This document shows, piece after piece, positions 39,487-47,931 of a stretch of 64,000 nucleotides of DNA (position 1 is the stretch's first letter; each line of letters opens with the position of its first letter). This DNA comes from Gemmatales bacterium. GTDB taxonomy: Bacteria > Planctomycetota > Planctomycetia > Gemmatales > HRBIN36. The notes beneath the pieces are model-generated. The model was not told the DNA's origin. It saw only the letters and a list, made by a program, of their open reading frames with translations, and searched no databases. The position numbers were made by a program, and so were the translations under genes. The stretch lies in assembly GCA_041640595.1 (NCBI GenBank), contig JBEPZY010000001.1, forward strand, positions 1,120,001 to 1,184,000. Direction: 5' to 3'.

Positions 39487-39646
39487 GATTGTCAGCATCT
39501 CCAGCTCGCCCGAACCAATCGAATTTGCGGACGACCCTGACAATCCCTATGCGATCCTTGCGGGTGATTCTGGGACGGGCGGCTGGGACCGGTCTTCTTC
39601 ATCACCGTCCTGACAATCCTTTTGCGGTGTTTGCGGGCGAGTCGGG
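39487..39646. repeat. CTGACAATC-core repeat: two direct ~38-nt copies plus one inverted core
   Basis: Copies at 39536 and 39609 are 30/38 identical; inverted GATTGTCAG at 39487-39495. Confidence 0.7.
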
Positions 39647-39876
39647 TGTTTACAAGCCTAGCTTTGAACTGCTGGCCTGTCAAAAAGCCCGCGCATAAAA
39701 AGGGCGAGAGAGGGTCCCCTCAGAAGCTCCATGCTCTCCCTCTCTCGCCTGGTACTGACGCCCCTCCCCAAAGGCGTCAGACCGCCAAAGAGCAGGGACC
39801 ATGCACAGTTGGCTGCGCCTCTCTTTGGTCGCACAAATTTAGGTCGCGAATCGCTCCCTGTCAAACGGAGAAGACC

Positions 39877-41334
39877 ATGCCCCCTGGGGCGAAACTTCCT
39901 GATACTGGCATCCGTTACCGTGTGCTCGCCTTTTTGTGTCTGCTCTCCATGATCACGTACCTGGACCGAGTCGCTATGGGGGCAGCCGCACCGGCGATTG
40001 CCAGTGCCCTGTTCGGACCGGGAACTGGTGTCGAGGTGTTGAAGTGGGCGTTCACTGCTTTCACGTTCGCTTACGCCACTTTCGAAGTGCCTAGCGGTTG
40101 GCTTGGGGACGTCTTCGGACCGAAACGCACGCTAATCCGCATTGTGCTGTGGTGGTCTGCATTCACCGCCCTGACCGGACTCACAGCCTGGGAAATCACC
40201 AACGGCTGGCATGTGTTCGGCACCGGCACCGTCGCTCTGGGCTGGCTGATCGCCATTCGCTTTTTATTCGGCGTGGGAGAAGCAGGAGCCTATCCGAATA
40301 TCACCCGTGCCCTGCACAACTGGATGCCGTTTAGCGAACGGGGTCAGGCCCAGGGAGCGGTATGGTTCAGCGGCCGACTCATGGGCGGGCTCACGCCGTT
40401 ATTGTGGGTCGTGCTGGTGGAATGGTTGTTGGGACGCGGTTTGGGCCTTCACGAGGACAGTAGCTGGCGAGTTGCTTTCTGGATTTTTGGTGGCATCGGT
40501 GTGCTCTGGTGCGTGGCTTTCGCCCTGTGGTTCCGCGATCGTCCCGAAGAACATCCCGGCGTCAGTCCGGGAGAGCTGGAGCGCATCCGTTTCGGTCGCC
40601 TGGAGGAAGAAACAGCACACAGCGGCGTGCCCTGGCTGCGATTACTTACCGACCGCAATCTGTGGGCGCTGTGCCTGATGTATTTCTGTGCCGCCTTCGG
40701 CTGGTACTTTCACATCACCTATTTGCCCGGTTTTCTGGAACGACATTACGGGGTGGCGCGCGAGAGTCTATTGGGCGGGTTGTTCAAAGGTGGGCCTCTC
40801 ATTTTCGGTGCACTCGGTTGCATCATTGGTGGCTGGCTTACTGACCGCTGGATTCGCCGTACCGGTGACCGCAAATGGGGACGCCGGCGGTTCGGTATTC
40901 TAGGCCATCTGCTTTGTGCGGCCTGCTTTCCGTTATGCATCGTGGCCCCGTGGGCCTGGCTGTTTGCGTTGTGCATCTCCCTGGCGGCTTTCTGGAACGA
41001 CATTACTATGGGGCCCAGCTGGGCCGTTTGTCAGGACATCGGCAAGCGTTACGCTGCTATTGTGGCCGGCTGCATGAACACCATCGGCAATCTGGGAGGT
41101 GCGGCTGCCAATTTGGTAACCGGCACGGTGGTGCAATGGGCAAAATCGTATTACGCCACCACACATTCCGAACTCGCAGCCGAGCGTATCGGTTACGATC
41201 TCAATTTCGGTCTGTTCGCTCTGGTTTACCTCACTGCCGCCGGGCTGTGGTTCTTCATAGACGCCACCCGACCGGTCGCCGGGCAGCTTGAAGAATTTCC
41301 CGGGCCAACAACTTGCAGTGGTTCGTCCGAGTAG
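39877..41334 (+). CDS. MFS transporter (ACS/sugar-acid type)
   Basis: ITYLDRV, FEVPSGWLGDVFGPK, RFLFGVGEAGAYP and GCMNTIGNLGG motifs; about 12 TM segments. Confidence 0.92.
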   Translation: MPPGAKLPDTGIRYRVLAFLCLLSMITYLDRVAMGAAAPAIASALFGPGTGVEVLKWAFTAFTFAYATFEVPSGWLGDVFGPKRTLIRIVLWWSAFTALTGLTAWEITNGWHVFGTGTVALGWLIAIRFLFGVGEAGAYPNITRALHNWMPFSERGQAQGAVWFSGRLMGGLTPLLWVVLVEWLLGRGLGLHEDSSWRVAFWIFGGIGVLWCVAFALWFRDRPEEHPGVSPGELERIRFGRLEEETAHSGVPWLRLLTDRNLWALCLMYFCAAFGWYFHITYLPGFLERHYGVARESLLGGLFKGGPLIFGALGCIIGGWLTDRWIRRTGDRKWGRRRFGILGHLLCAACFPLCIVAPWAWLFALCISLAAFWNDITMGPSWAVCQDIGKRYAAIVAGCMNTIGNLGGAAANLVTGTVVQWAKSYYATTHSELAAERIGYDLNFGLFALVYLTAAGLWFFIDATRPVAGQLEEFPGPTTCSGSSE

Positions 41335-41538
41335 CCTCGCGGCGAGCGATAGCCGGGCGACTCAGCCTGACGCACAGGGCTGATGCACTCGGTATCGGTT
41401 TCGCCATGCGATAGATCGCCGGGCGATGTTGGCCAGCACGGTTAGTGAGCCGGGCTTTGGACGGCGGGAAGGCTTGTCTGTATAACACGATGGAGGCACC
41501 CAGCAAACTCGGCCAGCAACTCGAATGGAAGCTCAACC

Positions 41539-42174
41539 GTGAATGGCCGCGTAGAGTCCGACCTGCAAGCTCTGATTGTTCGCTGGCAACAAGGCGACCT
41601 GAGTGCTGCCAACTCTCTTATCCAGTGTACCTGCGACCGCCTGGAAGAGCTAACGCGGCGACTTTACCATCGCGGTTTCGAACACGTCCACCGTTGGGAG
41701 GACACGCACGACATTTTGCAGCGAGCCCTGATGCGTTTGTGGCGGAGTTTACTCCAATCGCCTCCGGCCAGCCTGGCCGACTATTTCTGCCGTGCTGCCA
41801 CGGCCATTCGACGCGAATTGATTGACCTGTGTCGCCATTACTATGGACCGCAGGGAATGGCCAGCCACCACGACACGGGAAAATTCGTGGTTACCGATAC
41901 GGGCAAAGTAAAAACGCTCGTCGAAGAAACCGCCTCTCCCGAAAACGAGCATCCCCCGCTTCTATCCGAACTCACCGAGTTCCATCAGCAGGCCCAGCAG
42001 TTACCGGAACCGGAACGGCAGGTTTTCGACTTGCTGTACTATAATGGACTGACCGCCGCCCAGGCAGCAGCTATTCTGGGCATCAGCAAACGCACGGTCT
42101 TTCGCCGGTGGGAATCGGCGCGTGCTCTGCTGGCGCGCTACTGGCGGGGATCAGCGCCACCCGGAACGGCATGA
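41539..42174 (+). CDS. ECF-type RNA polymerase sigma factor
   Basis: WQQGD..A..L, D.LQ.A..RL, IRRELIDL.R and a region-4 HTH (LPEPERQVFDLLYY.GLT..AA.LGIS.RTV.RRW). Confidence 0.88.
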   Translation: MNGRVESDLQALIVRWQQGDLSAANSLIQCTCDRLEELTRRLYHRGFEHVHRWEDTHDILQRALMRLWRSLLQSPPASLADYFCRAATAIRRELIDLCRHYYGPQGMASHHDTGKFVVTDTGKVKTLVEETASPENEHPPLLSELTEFHQQAQQLPEPERQVFDLLYYNGLTAAQAAAILGISKRTVFRRWESARALLARYWRGSAPPGTA

Positions 42175-43214
42175 CCACGGTAACTAACCCATTGGATGCT
42201 GGGCCAATTATTGAAACCCACGGCCTGACCAAAATCTATCGCGTTTATCAGAAACAGGAAGGCTTGCTGGGAGCAATCCGGGGTTTATTCCGCAGGCGGT
42301 ACCGGGAAGTTCGTGCCGTGGACGGTATCAGTTTCCGCATCGAATCCGGCGAAATCGTTGGCTTTTTAGGACCCAACGGTGCGGGTAAAACCACCACCCT
42401 GAAAATGCTCTCCGGCCTCATTTATCCCACCTCGGGCACAGCGCGAGTGCTCGGCTTCGTTCCCTGGGAACGGGCCAATGCCTTCCGCCGACAACTGGCC
42501 CTGGTCATGGGGCAGAAGAACCAACTGTGGTGGGACCTCCCCGCTGCTGACAGTTTTGCCCTGCACCGGGCCATTTATTCTCTGCCTCTCGATCAATTTC
42601 AGCAGACGCTGGACGAATTAACCGACCTTTTTGGCGTCGCCCATCTGCTGCGTCAACCGGTTCGTGAGCTGTCCCTGGGCGAACGCATGAAAATGGAACT
42701 CATCGCAGCATTGTTGCACCAGCCTCGCCTGCTGCTGCTGGATGAGCCGACCATCGGTCTGGATGTCGTTGCCCAGGTAAGTATCCGGCGCTGCTTGCGT
42801 GAATACAATCGTCGCCGGGGCGTTACCATCCTGCTCACCAGCCATTACATGAAAGATGTCGAAGCGTTGTGTGAACGAGTGATGGTAATCAGGCATGGCC
42901 AGCTGATCTACGACGGCCCACTCGCCGGCATCATCGAACAGTTCAGCCAATCCAAACTGGTGAAACTCCAGCTGGCCGAAGAAGCTGACCCTGTACCCTT
43001 TCGCCGCTACGGCGAAGTGGTCCACGCGGATGGCCCCCTGATCGAGTTACGTGTGGAACGGCGACGGTTGCCGGAGGTGCTCGCCGCTATCCTCGACCAT
43101 CACCGCGTCCTCGACCTGAATGTTCAGGATCCGCCTCTGGAACAGGTCATTGCCCGCGTCTTCGAAGAGCCGCTAACAGCCCATGAAACCGACTCTCAGC
43201 TCACTATCGTTTGA
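42171..43214 (+). CDS. ABC transporter ATP-binding protein
   Basis: GPNGAGKTT, GQKNQLWWDLP, LSLGERMK, LDEPTIGLD and TSHYM motifs. Confidence 0.93.
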   Translation: MTTVTNPLDAGPIIETHGLTKIYRVYQKQEGLLGAIRGLFRRRYREVRAVDGISFRIESGEIVGFLGPNGAGKTTTLKMLSGLIYPTSGTARVLGFVPWERANAFRRQLALVMGQKNQLWWDLPAADSFALHRAIYSLPLDQFQQTLDELTDLFGVAHLLRQPVRELSLGERMKMELIAALLHQPRLLLLDEPTIGLDVVAQVSIRRCLREYNRRRGVTILLTSHYMKDVEALCERVMVIRHGQLIYDGPLAGIIEQFSQSKLVKLQLAEEADPVPFRRYGEVVHADGPLIELRVERRRLPEVLAAILDHHRVLDLNVQDPPLEQVIARVFEEPLTAHETDSQLTIV

Positions 43215-44088
43215 GCAAGCCGACCGCTCGGACGATTCTGGTAATGTCTGGCCACGTGCCTCCTTTTTGCTCGAGGCAGGCAAATATGGCCGGATTCTCC
43301 GCATCGCTCTGGTGGAACGTCTGGCCTATCGGCTCGACTTTATCCTGAGCACCTTGCTGCGTTTTTTGCCGATGCTGACCACCATTCTGCTCTGGCTGGC
43401 CGTTTACGCCGGCGCCGGACGATTGTCTGAGGGAGAACTGGGCGGATTTAGCCTCAATGAGATGATCTCCTATCTGCTGCTGGTGCACATCAGCCGGATG
43501 TTTTCGAGCATGCCGGGATTGGCGCAGGGAATTGCCCGTGATATCCGCGACGGCAACCTGAAAAAATATCTGTTGCAGCCCATCTCGCTGCTACCTTATC
43601 TCCTGGCATACCGGGCCGCGCACAAAGTGGCCTACATCACCATGACCGCCGTTCCCTATGCCGTGCTCTTTTTCCTTTGCCGCGACTTTTTCGCAGGCTG
43701 GCCCAGCGCTCCGGTGCTGCTGGCGTATGCGCTTTCGCTGGTTCTTGGATTCCTGGTCGGCTTTTTCTTTGAGGCTGCCCTGGGAATGCTCGGCTTCTGG
43801 TTTCTGGAGGTATCGTCCTTTCTTTACGTGGTCGGCACACTGAATTTCTTTCTGTCCGGACACATGTTTCCGTTCGATTTGCTCCCGGCTACGTTCGCAC
43901 ATATCCTGAAAAACCTGCCCTTCCAGTATCTGGCTTATTTCCCGGCGGCGATCTTTCTGAACAAGGTGCCGCAGGACATGCTGTTTTCAGCACTGGCTAC
44001 CGAGGCGGCATGGGCGATCGCTCTGGCGCTGCTGGCTGGTTGGCTATACCGTTGCGGTCTGCGTCGCTATAGCGCTTACGGAGGCTGA
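43183..44088 (+). CDS. ABC-2 family permease (DUF990-type)
   Basis: Six TM segments; IRDGNLKKYLLQP; C-terminal RYSAYGG. Confidence 0.88.
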   Translation: MKPTLSSLSFEQADRSDDSGNVWPRASFLLEAGKYGRILRIALVERLAYRLDFILSTLLRFLPMLTTILLWLAVYAGAGRLSEGELGGFSLNEMISYLLLVHISRMFSSMPGLAQGIARDIRDGNLKKYLLQPISLLPYLLAYRAAHKVAYITMTAVPYAVLFFLCRDFFAGWPSAPVLLAYALSLVLGFLVGFFFEAALGMLGFWFLEVSSFLYVVGTLNFFLSGHMFPFDLLPATFAHILKNLPFQYLAYFPAAIFLNKVPQDMLFSALATEAAWAIALALLAGWLYRCGLRRYSAYGG

Positions 44089-44090
44089 AG

Positions 44091-44900
44091 ATGCGTGCCC
44101 TGCTGCATTACGCACGGGTCTGGCTGGCGTTTGCCCGTTTCGGATTGATGCGCGAGCTTTCCTTTCGTGGCAACTTTTTGATCAAAGTCAGCGTTGAAAT
44201 ACTCTGGCTGGCCATCCTGCTCATCTTTTACGACATGGTCTTCACCCATACCCGCGTTGTCGCCGAATGGAGCCGGGACGAATACCTCTTTTTCGTCGGT
44301 TGCTACTACGCTCTTGGCGGGGTCATCGAAACTTTCTTCCTGATCAACTGCAGCGAGTTTTCCGAACTCGTACGCACCGGTGATTTGGACTTCTACCTGC
44401 TTTTACCGGCGAATGAACAGTTCCTCATTACCACCCGCGATCTCGACTGGGCGACTTTGCCCAACATCTTTCTGGGAGCGGGCGTCAGTATCGTGGCGCT
44501 GGAGCGGCTCGGCTGGCCAGTCGAGCTGGGGCGTTTGCTCTTGTTCCTGATACTTTTCGGCTGCGGTGTAGCCCTTGCGTACAGTTTTCTGGTACTTTTG
44601 ACGGCAGCTTCCGTCTGGCTGGTGCGCAATCAAAGTCTGTACGAGGTGTGGTGGCTCTTTACTACCTTCATGCGCTATCCGCGGGAAATCTTCACCGGAC
44701 GCTGGGCGTATCCGATCGGCTGGTTCTTTAGCTTCGTCGTACCGTTGATCATCGTCACCAACGTGCCGGCGCGGGTGATGGTGAAAGCCCTGGAACCGGA
44801 ACTGGCCGTTTATACCGTGCTCGCCAGCGTTGTGCTGGTGGCAATCAGTGGCAAAATCTTTCGCCTGTCTTTACAACACTACCGTAGCGCCAGTAGCTGA
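44091..44900 (+). CDS. ABC-2 family permease (DUF990-type)
   Basis: VRTGDLDFYLLLP, RYPREIF and C-terminal YRSASS. Confidence 0.88.
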   Translation: MRALLHYARVWLAFARFGLMRELSFRGNFLIKVSVEILWLAILLIFYDMVFTHTRVVAEWSRDEYLFFVGCYYALGGVIETFFLINCSEFSELVRTGDLDFYLLLPANEQFLITTRDLDWATLPNIFLGAGVSIVALERLGWPVELGRLLLFLILFGCGVALAYSFLVLLTAASVWLVRNQSLYEVWWLFTTFMRYPREIFTGRWAYPIGWFFSFVVPLIIVTNVPARVMVKALEPELAVYTVLASVVLVAISGKIFRLSLQHYRSASS

Positions 44901-44995
44901 ATGCACATGTGCTCGTGGCCCCAACTTGCAAAAATGCGTCGGGATTTGGCGTAACCGTGTCGAGATCACGTCGAGATCACCTGGAGGAAGACCGC

Positions 44996-46411
44996 ATGGT
45001 ACAAGCAAACCGGCACGCCCGGCTGCGATCGGCGAGCTTTCGGCATGGAACGTGTTTCACGCCCGCAGGTCTTGCTTTGGTTATTGGCCTGGCGTGCTGG
45101 CTGGGAATACTTCCTGTCAGCAGTCAAGAGAAAAATTCCTCGGCCGAGCGGGTACTGGTTGGTGCTGCGGCAGTAGCATTGCAGGCCGATGACAGTATGG
45201 TCATCGGCGGAAGCATTTTCCCCGGGCGTGCTTCCGGTCAGGAGGGAGAATTGCGGGCAGTTGCCGTGGTACTCGAAAAACCAGGCCAGGGCCGACTGGC
45301 GATCGTCTCCTGTGATGTTCTGATGTTGACGCGGGACTTGCTCGATCCGGTGGCGGAACAGGTTGCCAGGGAGTTTGATATCCCCGCAGATCGGTTGCTG
45401 ATCCACGCCACGCACACTCACCACGCTCCCAGTACCGTGACCGTACACGGCTACGAGCGCGATGAGGTTTTCTGCCGGCGAGTACAGGAAGGGATTCGGT
45501 CGGCTCTGGCCAAAGCGGTTGCGCAACGGGCTGAGGCGGAGTGTTATTTTGCCCTTGGTCAGGAAGCTACGGTTGGACAGAACAGCCGACTGCTGCTGAG
45601 CGACGGTACGATTTACTGGATCGGACCGCGAGAAGATGCAGTGCGACCGACGGGGCCTTTTGATCCCGACCTGCCAGTGTTGGCGTTTCGCCGTCAGGAT
45701 CGCTGGGTGGCTGTGCTTTTCAATCATTCAACGCACACCATCGGCACACGCAAGCCGGGCGTGCGTTCGCCTTCTTTTTACGGTCTGGCAGCACAGGAAC
45801 TCGAACAGGAGCTGGGAGGCATCGTGTGTTTTCTGGAAGGCGCCTCCGGCTCAACGCACAATCTGAACGTGCCATGTCACGAGGCGGTTTACCGTATCAA
45901 GTCGGCAGTGCGGGCCGCGCTGCATGATGCGCGACCGATCCCGATTGCCAGGCTGCGTGGCGTCCGCAAACCGTTCCGCTTTCGCATCCGCCACTTTGAT
46001 GAAATGCAGGAAGAGCAAGCGGTTTTGCGCTATTGCCGTCGGCGTGCCGAGAAAAATGCCGAGGCCATCGCTGCGGTCTTCCGCAAACAGCGCCAGATTC
46101 TGGCTCCGCTGCAAGGGCAGGAACGCACTACCTGGTTGCAGGTGCTCCAGATAGGCGACATCACGCTGGCCGGTGTGCCTGGCGAGTTTTTCACCAAACT
46201 CGGGCTGGACATCAAACGCCGTTCGCCTTTCCGTTACACCTACATTGCCGAGCTGGCCAATGATTGGATCGGTTATTTGCCCGATCGGGAGGCTTTCAAG
46301 CTGGGTGGCTACCAGACCTGGACGGGCCTGCACAGCTATGCCGAGCCCGGAACCGGCGAACGCATCGTGGACGAGATCGTCAACTTGCTCACCGCTTATC
46401 ACCAGCATTAA
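44996..46411 (+). CDS. Neutral/alkaline ceramidase-like secreted hydrolase
   Basis: GGAGG RBS; ATHTHHAP, GPFDPDL.VL, FLEGASG, GVPGEFF, ELANDWIGYLP and GGYQT motifs. Confidence 0.8.
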   Translation: MVQANRHARLRSASFRHGTCFTPAGLALVIGLACWLGILPVSSQEKNSSAERVLVGAAAVALQADDSMVIGGSIFPGRASGQEGELRAVAVVLEKPGQGRLAIVSCDVLMLTRDLLDPVAEQVAREFDIPADRLLIHATHTHHAPSTVTVHGYERDEVFCRRVQEGIRSALAKAVAQRAEAECYFALGQEATVGQNSRLLLSDGTIYWIGPREDAVRPTGPFDPDLPVLAFRRQDRWVAVLFNHSTHTIGTRKPGVRSPSFYGLAAQELEQELGGIVCFLEGASGSTHNLNVPCHEAVYRIKSAVRAALHDARPIPIARLRGVRKPFRFRIRHFDEMQEEQAVLRYCRRRAEKNAEAIAAVFRKQRQILAPLQGQERTTWLQVLQIGDITLAGVPGEFFTKLGLDIKRRSPFRYTYIAELANDWIGYLPDREAFKLGGYQTWTGLHSYAEPGTGERIVDEIVNLLTAYHQH

Positions 46412-46895
46412 ACGACGCCGGTTCGCGTTGACAGGCATCTGGGCACAATGGCCTCCACATCGCATATATCCGGGCCACGGTTGGAAACCAACCGGGCATT
46501 GCCTGGTGTCATTGTGTTGCGCACTCACGCCATTTCAAAACCGTAAATCGGTGGGGCTAAGCAAGACGGCGTGCGTTGTCGGCAATAATGCACATAACGC
46601 CGCATCAGCACATGGCCCGTTAGTTTCGACTGCTCTGCGACAGGCTGAAAGAGTAGCTGGCAGCAGCAGAGCTATTTCACGGGTTATGTCGGTGGGTTGG
46701 GCAGGCCAGAAGGGCAATCGGCGAGCGCTTGGCAGGATTTTTGAGATCGGCGGAGGAGAGCGTAAAATATGGCACAGAAGGTGTGGGGATGGAGACAGGC
46801 CGGTCGAATCTGACTTGTACACGGGGAGGACTCGCAACAATCGGCAATAAGGAAAATTCGAAGGAGCGGCTGACGCAGGTCGGCCAGCATACGCT

Positions 46896-47858
46896 ATGCC
46901 TCTAACGCTCGAAGAGTATGCGGAATATCTGGACAAGCGTGGGGACTTAAGCTGGCCTGCTCCGCCCACGCTTGCACCGCGGAAAGCCCGTCCCCACCTG
47001 GTTGGCCTGCCCGGAATACGTGGTGTGGTGTGGAGTTGTTACGGTGTGCTGGTGGCCATCAGTGGCGGCGAGCTGGTCTGGCTGCCGCAAGATAAGTTTG
47101 TTGCGGAATTGGCCTTCGAGAAACTCGTGCGGGAATTCAAGTTATGGCAGGCGATGACCCGCCGACCGGGAAACCCGGCCGAACATCTCCGCGTTATGTA
47201 TCAAACCGCCCTGGATGAACAGCAATTCCAGGCCGGCGGTCGTGATCGCTATCCGGAGGTGCGAGCCGAGAAGGTCTGGGAAGCCGTGTTCAAGAAACTC
47301 AAACCGAGCGAATTCAATTTCGATCCGCTTTTTTACGGCAGTCTCGACGAGTTCTGCCTGAAGGTGGCCTACTTTTACCAACGCAGCATCCAGGGCACCC
47401 AGGCCATGCCGGGAGCACTGGCCATGCTGCAGTGGGTATCGGAACACTTGGAGTTTCAGGGGTTGCTTGCCGATGGGCAGGCCTTCAGCTGGCTGCATAT
47501 TCAGCGTGGATTGCAGGAGGAAGGTTGGAAAAGGCCCCTGGAAGATCTGCTGCCGCAGCGCTGGCAGGTCTGGTCTTATCAAGTGGGTGGGCGCAAACCC
47601 TCGGAACGGTTGTTTCGGGAAATGCTGGATCGCCTGCAGCAAGCCGGCCTGGAGCCAGCCGAGGTTCTGCTCGTGGGTTGCCGCATCGAAGAAGACATAG
47701 CCCCAGCGCGTCGGTGGGGATTTCGCACGGCGCTGTTTGTCGGCGATAAGCAAGCCGTTCGCGCCAAAAGTACACAACTCGCCGATCCCCGTTTGCGGCC
47801 CGATGTGCTCCTAACTGACCTTACTCAACTGCGCGAGTGTCTCGCCGGCAATACGTAA
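46896..47858 (+). CDS. HAD-like hydrolase fold protein (degenerate motif I)
   Basis: RKPSERLF, LLVGCRIEEDIAPA...GFRTALF and PDVLLTDL motifs; motif I reads WSCYGVL. Confidence 0.75.
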   Translation: MPLTLEEYAEYLDKRGDLSWPAPPTLAPRKARPHLVGLPGIRGVVWSCYGVLVAISGGELVWLPQDKFVAELAFEKLVREFKLWQAMTRRPGNPAEHLRVMYQTALDEQQFQAGGRDRYPEVRAEKVWEAVFKKLKPSEFNFDPLFYGSLDEFCLKVAYFYQRSIQGTQAMPGALAMLQWVSEHLEFQGLLADGQAFSWLHIQRGLQEEGWKRPLEDLLPQRWQVWSYQVGGRKPSERLFREMLDRLQQAGLEPAEVLLVGCRIEEDIAPARRWGFRTALFVGDKQAVRAKSTQLADPRLRPDVLLTDLTQLRECLAGNT

Positions 47859-47931
47859 TCGTTTCGTCCTGCCAACCGCTGGTCATTTTTCCGCCACGTG
47901 TCATCTGCGAGCTAACACGTGTCTCCAACCG

